Shown in pieces: positions 14,992 through 27,689 of a stretch of 64,000 bases of DNA. Source of the DNA: the human T2T-CHM13v2.0 reference genome, Homo sapiens. Numbering within the stretch: the stretch's first letter is position 1; each line of letters opens with the position of its first letter. Location of the stretch: assembly GCF_009914755.1 (NCBI RefSeq), contig NC_060925.1. One strand, given 5' to 3'. The translations under genes were made by a program, and so were the position numbers. Below the pieces are notes generated by a model, which ran no database searches, had not been told where the DNA came from, and saw only the letters and a list, made by a program, of their open reading frames with translations.

Positions 14992-15139
14992 AAGGCTGTG
15001 GTCTTGGCAGGCTGAGTGCATGCGGGGCCGGTGCTAGTATGGTCTTGACTTTGCAAATCTGGTTTTCCTTGCTTAGAACTGTGTCCACTGGGCTTTTCAT
15101 TTTCCAGGATTTCCTCCTTTTTTTCCTGGGAACAGTTAT
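14992..15139 (-). CDS. PCNX2: PCNX2 exon 6 (148 nt; DNCSQEKKEEILENEKPSGHSSKQGKPDLQSQDHTSTGPACTQPAKTTA)
   Basis: Acceptor tttttcag|AT; donor CTT|GTAAGG. Open in the frame continuing exon 5. Confidence 0.9.
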
Positions 15140-15675
15140 CTGAAAAACATTGCTTTACTTGTTAATTTAATATAAAATAAATCAATGTGAAAACTCTGGG
15201 AAATAAGTTACCAAAACTGAAACAAGAATAGAAAGAAAATCTAAGCAGCTCCTCTGCATGCAAAAGGCTTTTAAATAATTTTTCATTTTTTTAATTATGG
15301 AAGTACCTACATATATGTGAAAAACAGAAGTATGTATAAGTTTGAGACATGTTATTTAGGTGTCTACAAACACCTACTATTTTATATACAGGTTGAGGGA
15401 CTCCCTTGAAATAACTCGGTGACCATACATGTGCCCAGCTGGAAATCACCCATTTAGGTTACATAGGTCTGAAAGGTTCATATCTCATAAATGAATAACT
15501 TCAGATTTTAAAAAATTACAAAAACAAATCTGGCTATTTCAGAACAAGGTCCCCTTTACCATTTATAAATCTTATCAGTCTTTCTTCTCACTCTCCAAAA
15601 CTGAATTTTCAAGCTAAAGCTAGAATTGTCCCCTTCATAAAGCAAATACTTGTTAAGTATAGCTGGGGGCGGGGG

Positions 15676-15996
15676 TTGTTTTTGTTTGTTTGTTTGTTTG
15701 AGACAGGGTCTGGCCCTGTTGCCAAGGCTGGAGGCTGGAGGCTGGAGTGCAATGGTGGAGTCATAGCACGCTGCAGCTTCAACCTCTTGGGCACAAGTGA
15801 CTCTCCTATCTCTGCCTCCCAAGCAGCTGGGATGACAGGCACATGCCACTACATCCAGCTAATTTTTTAAATTTTATGTAGGTATAGGGGCACGCTATGT
15901 TGTTCAGGCTGGTCTTGAACTCCTGTCCTCAAGTGATCCTCCCACCTCAGCCTCCTGAAGTACTGGGATTACAGGCATGAGCCACCACACCCGGCC
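15676..15996 (-). mobile_element. Alu (AluJ-like)
   Basis: (TTTG)n tail and reverse Alu body with an internal GGCTGGA triplication. Confidence 0.9.
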
Positions 15997-17322
15997 TGCT
16001 GATTTTGAACAATATGCTTAGCACTGTGTAGGACACAGAGAGCTACAATACCTATTCCTTGCCCTGAGAACATTTTAAGATGAATGAGAATTCCAAGATC
16101 AATAGGTACTGATTGTTTTTATTTTTTGCATTTTTTGAATCCTCTTTAAACAACAAACCACTAAGGGTCTCAGGTTATACCATTATGCAAAATGGACTGC
16201 ATATGTCCCTGAGGATCAGCCCTTCCTTTTCTGTGGACACATTCCAACAGTCACTTTTAAGATCAAAAGGACCATTGTACTCCCATGACTTACTCTGAGT
16301 AAATGATTGGCTCTTAAGCTCAACAGCCTGTGCCTGAGAGAACAGAATTGAGCCTGAACCTACAAGTTCTTTCAAGACACACCATTCGAAAAGTCTATCA
16401 AGATCTGCCTAAGCCCTCAGAAAGCAAAACTGTGTTAGTGTCTGTGGGATATAAATCACATCCTTGCATATATAACAAAGTTATTCATCCTTAAACTTCA
16501 AGTAATTAGAGGAGCAATGCTGGCTTCTCTGTGAGTCCTGAACATAAACATTTTCAGCACATCTGTGAAACTACCATAAGAATTTCCTTGGTATGAAAAT
16601 GTTTGCATTTCATGTGACAGCCTGTCAAGATAGAAGTTTTCACAGTTTTCCAGAAACACATTTATAAGAAAGTGCTATCATAACAAATAGCTTTAGCCAG
16701 TAATCATGCCTCATAAAAAATCGCAGAAAGGCATATTGACACAGCTCTCCTGCTTTACACTAAGTGTCTTTGAATTCATTTGTTCACATCTCTTTATCAT
16801 ATCTTAGACTCCTTTTCTCTTAAATGGGTACATTACATAAGTCAACATATGGACGGTTTTTTTCCTTTTTTCCTTAAAAAATACATTTATAGAAATGTTT
16901 CTGTTTATAAAAATAGTACACAGTCATTGTATGTAATTTAAAACTATACAAAAGAAAAAACTTTGAATCACTCTTAATCCTGCCATCATGATATTACCAC
17001 TGGAGCCAATTTGATATATATCACACCAGTCTCTTTTTCCTAGATATACGCACTTTTTTTTTTTTTTACAAAAATGAAGTCATAATGCAGGTATGGTTTT
17101 ATACCTATATTTATCTTAAACTATTATAAATATTTAATGTTATTGGATATTCATCTACATCATCTAAAAATAGTAGTTATATAATATTACACTGATAATG
17201 GTATAATTTAAATAGACCCTGACTATAAATTTACATTGTTTCAATTTTCCATATTATAGACAATTTTTCAATAAGCATTTCTATATACATTCATGATTCT
17301 TTCCCTAGAAATTCTTAGAAGT

Positions 17323-17877
17323 TAGGAGACTGAATATACAAATGGACAATAGGCAGAAACTATTCATAAACGTAGAACTCTGACCAATAATCTGCAGCAA
17401 CCAGGTGAGAAAATCAACCCATTATCCAGAGTAACCAGCCCAGGAAGCCAATATACTATGCACAAGTCAGGCTTGTAGGAAGTCAGACCACTATTTCTGG
17501 CAAACAATCCAGGAAGCCAAACAATAACCCCCATAATAATTAGCCCGAAATGGCCAGGACTTGATTCATAACTGATAGCTTCCCTAATGTCTGTCCCTGC
17601 TTCCAACTTAGGACCACCCAAAGAAAACCAAACCAAACCAAGCACATAGGATGACTCACTCCTAGTCCAGCCACCTCCAGCTTCCTAATGCCCATAACCT
17701 CCAATCAGGGCACATCCGAAGCCTTTCCTTTTTTTCCACTATAAAGCTTTCTCATTCAAGTTGCCTTTAAGTCTCTGCTGAACCCAAGCGATGACCGCTG
17801 ACTCCCTTGCTATAAGCAAGCTCTGAATAAATAGACTTTGCTTGTTCTCATGTGGGCGGTCCTCATTTATTTCCACA
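17323..17877 (+). mobile_element. ERV1-class solo LTR (MER87/LTR54-like) inserted next to degraded L1M sequence
   Basis: Ends in ...TTCCACA, AATAAA at 17826, TATAAA near 17740, 4-bp TSD AAGT (17319-17322, 17878-17881). Confidence 0.7.
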
Positions 17878-18849
17878 AAGTAAAATAAAATTGTGTCAAA
17901 CAAAAAAGCAAACAAACATGGTTTAAAGGCTTTTCAAAAGTGTGTGGTTTTCCATAGCCTTGAATTCTAGGATATTTCTGAGACCTGAGAATAATCCTAA
18001 GGCGCTTTGTGAAGAGAACCTGGGCTGGAAATAAGAGTACATTAGAGAGAACTGGAGAATTGTGTATCTTTTTCTAGTCAGGTCCAAGTTCAAGCACTGT
18101 CCTACTAATGAGCAGGAAAAAGATTAGAGAACATTTCCTAAGCTGCTAATATCATTAAACACCCATCATGTTGTTTTATAAACACACTCAAAAACTGGGT
18201 TTTCAGATTATAATAACAAATACTTTAGTGAAAGAAGAGTAAGGATATTACCAGTCTCAAAGATACATGGCATCACTGAAAAACCATCTAATTTGCCACC
18301 TTTGACGTTGATGGCCTTCTACGAGCTAAAAGATTCACTGTCTCTTTCTTCAATTAAAATCCTCTGTCCTTTCCTAAAAGAAGCATGTAATTTATTCCAA
18401 CTCCTCCCTTCCTGCTGTACCTTCAAGTTCTTGATAACTAAGCCTATCTCTTCCCATAGAATACCTCATATCTCCCTGCACACAACCTCAATTTCCAGTT
18501 TAACCCTTCTGATTGAATGTGGCTGGCTGAAAAAATTAAGAAGAGCAAAAACTCAAGTAGGCAAACCAAATAAACTTTACATACAGCCTGAGGGGAAAAC
18601 AAAAATAAAAGACTAAAATTGATCAAATAGCAAAATTTTTCACATATTTTCCTAATTGAATCCTCACAATAAATCTACAACATATTATGATTCCTGCTCT
18701 GTAGAAGAAACTCCAACACAGATGGATTTGATCAATTGTCCAAGCTCAACCAGCTGGTATTACTGAACCAAAATCTGGCCTTGGGCTATCTGATTCCAAA
18801 GTCAGTGCTCTATCCACTGGACACACTGCTTCTGGGAAGGCCTTCATGC

Positions 18850-19058
18850 GCTCTGGGTTATCACTGGCTAATACAGTAGCCAATAGCCACATGGCTACTT
18901 AAATGAATTAAAATCTAATGAAATTAAAAATGCCAGTTCTCATCTACACAACCCCCTTTTAAAGTATTAAATAGCTACCTGTGGCCACTGGCTACCATAT
19001 TGGACTGCAGATATGGAATATTTCTATCACTGCAGAAAATTTTATTGGACAGTGCTAG
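18850..19058. mobile_element. MER3-like hAT-Charlie element
   Basis: Motifs tagccacatggctact / gtggccactggctaccatattggac / attggacagtgctag. Confidence 0.7.
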
Positions 19059-19726
19059 CCTAGAGGTATGAATCTTTATATTAGATAGATGATAAACACC
19101 CAAATCTTTAAATACAAAAGTTTTTATCTCAGGTTACTCCTGCTTTATATACCGCCCTGTCTGTTAAAAAGTTTAACTGAATCAGAAAAAATTGCTCAGA
19201 GCAACCAGTATGGAGCCAGAGGAGCTCCTGGCTGTCCAGAAAGCAGAGGAAAAATCCCAGCACTAAGAAACGTTACTACCTACAGCACAGAAAATGAGCT
19301 ACCATATGCAAACACAACTTTCAGTCAGCATTCCTACCATACAGATGCTATCTCAATACAGATCTATGTAGAAATGATATGCTCAGAAATCACAGCAGTA
19401 ACAGAATTTAAAGCTAAAAGACCTTATAAAAGCTCTAGTCCAGTAACATCATTTTATCCATGAGGAAACTGAGGCCCAGAGACATTAAGTAACCTGAAAA
19501 TAAATGTACCTTATCTTCATATAGGAAATATCATTTAATTTTTATGAGCAAGGACTGTGGAACAAGACTGCCTGGAATCAAATCTCAGTTCCAGCACCTC
19601 CTGAACTTACTAGATTTTCACTTGCTTGGGAAAGCAAGTGAAAATTTCTGAGACTCATCCGAAGAACAGGAAGGATGATGGTATATCCATAACGTAAAGT
19701 TATATAAGGAGTAAGTGAGTTAATAT

Positions 19727-19861
19727 GAGAGTAACTGTATAATTTATCATCTAAACTGGGGACTCTTTTGAGAGACAAAGTCAGTGCTCTTAATAATTAT
19801 GTTGGCAAAACATGTGTAAATGAGAACCCTTCCAGGCAAACCACAAGGTACAGTCACCCTC
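19727..19861 (+). mobile_element. MER94-like hAT-Blackjack MITE inserted in a MIR (MIR ~19540-19935)
   Basis: Imperfect terminal inverted repeats (gagagtaactgta...tacagtcaccctc) and 8-bp TSD GTTAATAY. Confidence 0.7.
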
Positions 19862-20386
19862 GTTAATACATGCAAAGTGCTTAGAACACTGCCTGGCATA
19901 AATTAAGAGCGGCAGAAGTGTTTGTTATTATTATGTGTACAACATGGGATAATTAGCGGATTCTGTATTTTATAATAGAACTCAGCAGGAAAAGTAGATT
20001 CACTTCACAGAAATTTGTCTTAGAATCAACTTTCCCAGAAGGCATCTATTCCATAAAGTAAGAAATATCTATTGCGAGTACTTGCCACAGTAGTAAAATA
20101 TAATTGCTTATTTCTCTGGGAGTAAATAGTCTTGCCTTCTATAGGGAAGCAAAAAAATTATGACAATGCCTTAAGTGTCCTGGTAGAGTAGGACAATATA
20201 TGTATACATGTTCATCACAGAGCTTAGTATCGGTACATTCAGCAAATATTGATGAGAAAGCCAAGCAACAAACGATTGCCCAAGAGTTGTCTCACTATTT
20301 GCAAAATCAAATTACACAAGGCAAATGGCAAAAAGGTGTATTGCCTTCTATGTCATCATCAGAACGGAAATGACATGGAATCGCAC

Positions 20387-21703
20387 CTCGGAGAAGCCCA
20401 CTTTCTTCATTCTGCTCAGCTGAGCCATTCAGTTGACTGGATGCCGTCATCTTGGAAGTATTAATGGATTCTAACAGGGAGACAAATTCCAGGAAGTTGG
20501 ACTCATTTGGCATTTGTCCTTCCTTAGCCTCTAGGTCAGATTTGGAAGTTGGCATTGTTTTCTCTGTATCGTTAACAATTTCTGCAGAACTTTTACTCAA
20601 GAAGACATCTGTCCCACTGTCCACACTGAGCACCCGGGCATGCCTCTTTTCATGGCTGGACTTACAAGACGATGGGTCAAGGTTAGTCTGGCCTTCCTTC
20701 CCCACCTTAGACTCGGAGCCTGTATCAGGTGTAAGCCGGGACACCGATTCCCAGGGTTCCCGTGATGAAGAACTGTGATCCTTGATGGCATTTCCCCCCT
20801 CCCCAGATCCGTAGCCAGAACACTGATTGGTGGATACCCTCGTCTTCAGTCTCTCTGGAGTCCTTTCACTTCCATTGCCTTCGGGACAGGGAACACCTCC
20901 TCCCCCACCCTCAGGCAGGTCCAGGGTGATTACAGGAATTGAGATCTGCTCGGCATTTGGAGAACCGGCCGCCCCTGGGTTAGTGGGCTCAGCGTCAGAC
21001 TTTACACTGGTCTTCTCTGTGCCAACCACCCTCAGGTGGAGGGAGCTTTCCAAATCTGTCATGGAGTTTGGGGTACTGCTCATCGTGATAACAATTTTTA
21101 TGGGCTCATGTAGACTCAGTGGGTCTCCGGGTTGAGAAGTATCGATGAGAGTAACAGCTACCTCACTATCTGAGGAGTCCACTTCCTGGTGCAAGGGCAG
21201 GTCCCCCTGGCAGGAGGTATCTACCTGACAGGATGTGTCTGCTGGCTCCTCCACAGGCTTGGCCACGATGGTGTCACATTGAGGGCAGCTGCTGCTCAGG
21301 CTGTCCTGAGGTGACTTGCTTTGTACCCGTTCCCTTATGGAGCCCCGGGGACAACTGACAGGTTCTGGAATCAGGACTGAATTCTCACTCCCCCACGGCT
21401 GGAAAGAAACGTCTGTTTCTAGTAAGTCATACTGAGACAAAGACAGGTGGGGCAACTTCTTCAAGGGTCCCTTATCCACTAAGCCACCCTCGGATCTGTG
21501 GCGCAAAGGAGGCTGCCCCTTGCCTCCTCTTTCCTTTCCTTTACCATTGATGAGAGTTTCTGTGGCAACTGGTTTTACAGGTATTACTGACTTGGTCGTG
21601 GTTTCCAGCATGTGTGCTTGAGACGCAGGTAAGCTTTCCACTTTGATACCAGGTGAGGTAGATGACACTGGTGCTATGGGATGGTCTTCTAATAGAATGA
21701 CAC
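20387..21703 (-). CDS. PCNX2: PCNX2 exon 5 (1317 nt; Ser/Pro/Glu-rich, probably disordered loop, GVILLEDHP...ESGLLR)
   Basis: Core of the 485-aa ORF 20307..21764. Acceptor catttcag|GT; donor GAG|GTGCGA. Phase 1-1. Confidence 0.93.
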
Positions 21704-21821
21704 CTGAAATGACACATGGCAACTTTATTAGCATCAGAAATGAATGAGTAATGCCCAAGAGCAAGACCTAATGAATAATAACAAAACTAAAACAGCACCA
21801 GCAACTAATGGAATTAGATAC

Positions 21822-22172
21822 TTTTTAAATTTTACTTTAAGTTCTGGGTTACATGTGCAGAACATGCAGGTTTGTTACACGGGTATACATGTACCATGGT
21901 GGTTTGGTGCACCTGTCAACCCGTCATCTAGGTTTTCAGCCCTGCATGCATTAGGTATTTGTCCTAATGCTATCTCTCCCCTTGCCCCCCACCTCTGACA
22001 GGCCCCGGTGTGTGATGTTCCCCTCCCTGTGTCCATGTGTTCTCATTATTCAACTCCCATTTATGAGTGAGTTTAGTTTTCTGTTCCTGTGTTAGTTTGC
22101 TGAGAATGATGGTTTCCAGCTTCATCCATGACCCTGCAAAGAACATGAACTCATTCTTATTTACGGCTGCAT
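21822..22172 (-). mobile_element. 5'-truncated L1PA 3' end (L1PA7/8-like)
   Basis: Canonical L1PA 3' UTR in reverse (ttactttaagttctgggttacatgtgcagaac...), about 120 bp from the exon 5 acceptor. Confidence 0.9.
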
Positions 22173-22199
22173 TGATACTTATTTTTTAAAATAACACTC

Positions 22200-22450
22200 C
22201 CACTGTGAAATTATTCTTGAAACACAACAATAAAAATAAAACAAATGAAAAGCAATACAGTATAACAACTATATATATAGCATTTACATTGTATTAGGTA
22301 TTATAAATAATTTAGAGATAATTTAAAGTATACAGGAGGATGTGTGTAGGTTACAAGCAAATACTATGCTGTTTTATATAAGAGACGTGAGCAACATCCA
22401 CAGATTTTGTTATCCACGGGGGTCCTGGAACCAAATCCCCTAAAATACTG
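22200..22450. mobile_element. Tigger3/MER7-like TcMar-Tigger fragment
   Basis: Diagnostic tagcatttacattgtattaggtattataa...gggggtcctggaaccaaatcccc. Confidence 0.75.
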
Positions 22451-23643
22451 TAGAACACCACCAACTAGGATGGTATCTTTTATAAGATTTGACTAAGGAA
22501 AAAACAGAATTCTTTGCTTTACTGCAGTGTTGCTAAGAAACACTGGATTTAGTAGCCAGGTATGGGTTTAAATGCTACCTGTACATTTTACATACTATGA
22601 CTCAGAATGAAATAATGTATGTAAAACTTCTACTGCAATTCTTAGTACAAGTAAAAAATAGAAAATTATTGTTTTAATTGGAATGGTGAAATTAAAAGGC
22701 CAGACCAGATATTCAAAGTATGTAAGATTATTATAGCACACCTAATCTGGAAGAATATGTTTCATATGAAGAAAAAGGTATGTGCTTGTATATGTGTATA
22801 TAAAACACATAAAGTAACGTTGTTATGAAGCTGTACGTGCAACTAAAATATTAGAAGTCTAACTCATGTGAATTTATTTCAGTAGCAATAATATAGAAAA
22901 AATATGGATAATCCTTTACATATTGTTATAATGGGATACAACTGAATGATGAAAAAAGAAACTTCATTTTAGGGGTTCAGGGCTATGGTGCTAATTTCAG
23001 CTATTTTCTAGAGCGAATTAAACTTTACATTATTTTCAAAATTGAAATAGTGCACAAAATTTGTCTTTGTAGTAGTGGAAAAGAAAATAGAATTGCAGAG
23101 AAAGGAAGGAATTAATTCAGGCCTCCAAAAGATCTTTTCTAAGCCTTCTGCAGGTAGTCAAAAGACAAAAAAAAAAAAGTTAGTAAAAATGTAAAACAAA
23201 AATTGTTTAAGTTAAAAGAAAGATCCCCCAAAACAAAATCTGTAACTTGAAAGAAAGGCAGATATGCAGAATGCTGTACAATTTATCCTGTCATTTTTTG
23301 ATGTATATGCTATAATACAAATTTTTATATGGATGATAATTTATCATCAATAAAAAACTTATATGTCTGCTCTTTATAAGCCATATGAAATGAGGCATAG
23401 ACTGGAGAAATGACAATGAATTATGATCAACAAAATATCACAATTTGAATTAAGACTTGATATACAAATACCGATGAGAAAAAATTAAAATTAAGAGTTA
23501 AAGAAACAAAGTCAAAATATAACTATGCAGTCTTAGGTATAGTTCTTATTTTCAATTAATCCACTGGCATTCTGTTTTATAAAAATATTTCTCACTTCAC
23601 TGAGGATAGTGCTGTGATAAAATATAAATGATTAACAGTTTAC

Positions 23644-23680
23644 CTTTGAGATCTTCTACAGTTTCCTGTGCTGACAACTC
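23644..23680 (-). CDS. PCNX2: PCNX2 exon 4 (37 nt; ELSAQETVEDLK)
   Basis: Acceptor tttctttcatttgtgtag; donor AAG|GTAAAC. Its 37 nt bridge phase 0 (exon 3) to phase 1 (exon 5). Confidence 0.88.
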
Positions 23681-24403
23681 CTACACAAATGAAAGAAACA
23701 AAAATCAATAGATGACTCAGCTGACCGTCCATTTCCAGACAGTCGGCAATAACTGACAGCAGTCACTGATTTTCTAAATGGCATGTAGGGGAGAGACAAT
23801 ACAGTGTTCACTCTCCTTAAGCTTCTATAAAATGGGGCCCAGAATGGATACAAACATATGTAAATGTGGACATTCAACCGAGACAACTGTACTGTGACAA
23901 AGGGAGATTTGCTACTAAGAAAGTAAGCAAAGAAGGAAGAAGCCACTACTTACACTATAGTGAATGGAGCTCAACAAAGTTAATCTAGAAAAAAGGTGAT
24001 TTATTGACTTCCCAAAAAGACAAGTGTGATTTAAAATGGAAAGCAGAGGTGATATCCATTTCAGGTGGAAGGCACTGCAGATATGATGACTTAAATGAAT
24101 GACAACAGAAAGAAGCAAAGGCCTACATATTGGTTCTCTGCCCAGTGTGGTTGACCCAGCAGCGCAGGTGGACGGCAGGGAAGGCCAGAGAGTGTGCTTT
24201 GAACACACGACTGGGCATTTATTTTATGGTCCCAAGGGCACCCTTCAGGCCATTTCCAGACCCTGGGATGTGATATTCCACTGTACACGGGCCAGTGATT
24301 ACAGCATGCAAGCTACAATCACTGCTGCTGAACACTCCCATTCTAGGTGAGATCAACATCGAAATCACATGAAGAGGGTGAAACAGGAAAGAAGACCACT
24401 AAC

Positions 24404-24524
24404 CAATGGCCCAGAAGAGTGATGAGAGGTTATGCTTTGCCCTCTGGAGCTGCAGCGGAGGGGAGGCGTGGAGAGGTTTCGACTGGCCTCTTCCTTTTTG
24501 CCATTGTGAATCTGCCTATTATTG
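24404..24524 (-). CDS. PCNX2: PCNX2 exon 3 (121 nt; SNNRQIHNGKKEEASRNLSTPPLRCSSRGQSITSHHSSGPL)
   Basis: Acceptor ggttag; donor TTG|GTTAGT. Phase 2 in, phase 0 out, compatible with exons 2 and 4. Overlaps ORF 24365..24547. Confidence 0.9.
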
Positions 24525-24649
24525 CTAACCCAACATGAGAAACACAAGAGCAGTGAGCGATATTATCAAACAGAAGCATGACTCTTTTAGTACTAGTCTA
24601 AAAACTTTTTTTCCTAGAGTCCATTTTGTTATATTCCTTACATATAAAT

Positions 24650-24815
24650 CTTTTTTTGTTGTTGTTAAGAGACAGGGCTTCGCTCTGTCTGGGTAGACTG
24701 GAATGCAGTGGCACGATCATGGCTCACTGCAGCCTCAAGCTCCTGGACTCAAGTGATCCTCCCACCTCAACCTCCCAAAATGCAAGGTTTACAGGCATAA
24801 GCCACCATCTGCAGC
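24650..24815 (-). mobile_element. Alu monomer (FLAM/FRAM-like)
   Basis: Single-arm Alu in reverse. Confidence 0.8.
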
Positions 24816-25316
24816 AGATAAATCTTATAATAAACATTATTTTTAAATTAGAGGACATGCTATCTTAAGGAGCTATAAGAAATAATACAAGAATGGTGAA
24901 AAGAATGCTAACTCAAGAATTACTCTTAATATTTCAGTTCTATGTAATGTATTACTTTTATATCAACAAACACAAATGCTGTTCTTTAAAATACTCTGGC
25001 ATGCTCTAAGCATTTAAATAACAACATTAAAAGCAGTGAAGGGAAATTTTTTGCAGTGCTAAGCCTAAGGCAAATGAATTCTAGATCTTATGAGAAGGTC
25101 ATATTGACTTCCCAAAAAGACATTTATTGGGAAGCCAGTTAAACCATCTTGATTATGAATATCAATTTTATGCTTAAGTATATGCTGAAATATAAGAAAA
25201 ATGCATATATTTCTGTCTGCCTATACTAGTAATTTCATAAACACTGATAAAAAACTTATTTTAATCAAGAGCAAAACATTTACATTTTGAAGTGTCACAT
25301 TAATTGAAAATATTAC

Positions 25317-25522
25317 CTTGGATTTCTGTGATTAGTTATGTGTTCACCTTTGGCCTCCTTGTCTTTATTTGGCTTTTCTTCCTTTCTGGAGGGCTTTTGC
25401 TGAATTACTTCTCCTTTGTCAAACATGAGGTGTAGGCGATAACTGACCAGTTTGATTATTGTGAAGAATATAGTCACTGCACTGCAGTAGAAAAATACAA
25501 TGATCGCATTTGGAGGAAAAGC
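25317..25522 (-). CDS. PCNX2: PCNX2 exon 2 (206 nt; AFPPNAIIVFFYCSAVTIFFTIIKLVSYRLHLMFDKGEV...HRNP)
   Basis: Polypyrimidine tract and ttcag acceptor; donor AAG|GTAATA. In frame with exon 1. Encodes the second TM helix and the pecanex YRLH.MFD motif. Missed by the ORF track. Confidence 0.95.
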
Positions 25523-25758
25523 CTGAAGAAAGGAAAAGACAGAGAAAAATCATTTGCTTTTAAGATTTTCTTTCTGTTTTAAATCTGGAAGCATTTTTAG
25601 ACTATCTATTGAATATAAATTAGGCAAGATTTCAAATTAGACTAATTTTTTAAGTTTTCCTGGTTAAAATACTTGAGGAGAAAGAGCTGCTTTTTATTTT
25701 TTGAAGTCTTTTTTGTTTCTCAGGTTCTGTAGTAGTTGCACTGATAACCAACATTTGA

Positions 25759-26265
<507 letters not shown>

Positions 26266-27314
26266 TAACCACTCCCCCATTCCCCTCCCTAACCTCCCAC
26301 TGCGATAACGCCTGCAGGCCATGGATTTCCCTAGGGTTGTATTGCACACAGGGAACCACAAAAGGGTACTACTTCCAAAAGGAAGAGGGATATTTCCAGC
26401 AGAGACAAATGATCTGAGCATGGCGACCATAGTGAGGTTCAGCTCAATTCTATGCAATCCCTTCAAGAAACAAAACGAAAAGAATCACTGGGACCCGTGG
26501 AGTTGTCCCACTCTGTAGCATCTCCCATATACCTTCCTAATTCTCTCCAGGACCATGGACTATCACACGTTCTCTGGTCCTTCCTAAACTACATTCCTAT
26601 TCTTTGGGATGGAAAGAGATCCCCAAGTGTCCCAAGGTGATATCCAGGACAGCCTCAATGATTCGCAAGACCATTTTATCAATGGACTTCCCTAAAGAAT
26701 ATCAGAAATCCAGTGATCCGTGTAGCTGGTGCCTCAACCTAAACATAGCTAGGCTTGCAGACAGCAGGGCCCAGTCCATATCCATGCCTAAGCAGACCCT
26801 GTACAGCTTGCCGTGGTCCCATGCAAGAGTCTATCTTCCAAGTTGGACTGTCCCTAAAATGGAATAGCCAAACAGAGCACAAAAAAGAAAGAGGAAGATG
26901 ATCAACAAGTAAAAGATAAAGTCAGAGATTTTCACCATCACTTAACTCGCTCTTATTATGTCATGGGGGGAAAAGTCCACAAATAAATATAAAGCAAGCA
27001 ATAAATAAGTGACGGAATAACTATATAAGATGATACAAGCTAGATAATAAAGCCAGGTCCACTACCTGGCAGCAGATAAGGTTTATATTTACAAAAGGTG
27101 CATTTGTAAATATAAACCTTATATTTACATCCTAAATACTACTAATACGTTAAAATACTACTAATTTAAATACCACTAAATTAAATACTACTAATAGTTT
27201 TGGGTTTCAAAAATTTAAGCTAAATCTAGAGAGTTAATTTGAAGAGGGTAAGAAGGAAAAGAAAACCTGCAGATGTCCGTGAAAACAGATTATTGTTATA
27301 TAAAAATGATATTC

Positions 27315-27615
27315 CGCCAGGCATAGTGGCTCATGCCTGTAATCTCAGCACTTTGGGAGGCCAAGGCAGAAGGATTGCTTGAGCCCAAGAGTTCAAGAGC
27401 AGCCTGGGCAACATAGTGAGACCCCCCCTCCGATCTCTACAAAATTTAAAAATTAGCCAGGTGTGGTGGCATGCACCTATAGTCCTTGCTACTGGGGAGG
27501 CTGAGGTGGGAGGACCTCTTGAGCCTAGGAGTTCAAGTTTACAGTGAGCTATAATCATGCCACTGTACTCCTCCTGCCTGTGCTACCAAGTGAGACCCTC
27601 TCTAAAAAAAAAAAA
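27315..27615 (+). mobile_element. Alu (AluJ-like)
   Basis: Full dimer; TSD-like tgatattc / ttatattc. Confidence 0.9.
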
Positions 27616-27689
27616 GGAATTATATTCAAGAGATTGTTGAATTTTCATGTAACTAGGGTTTCATAGTACTCTAGTCAGCAAGGGTAGCA

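Noticed and set aside
20452-21135. Plus-strand ORFs opposite exon 5
   Set aside because: They are antisense shadows of a long coding exon, with no independent gene signals.
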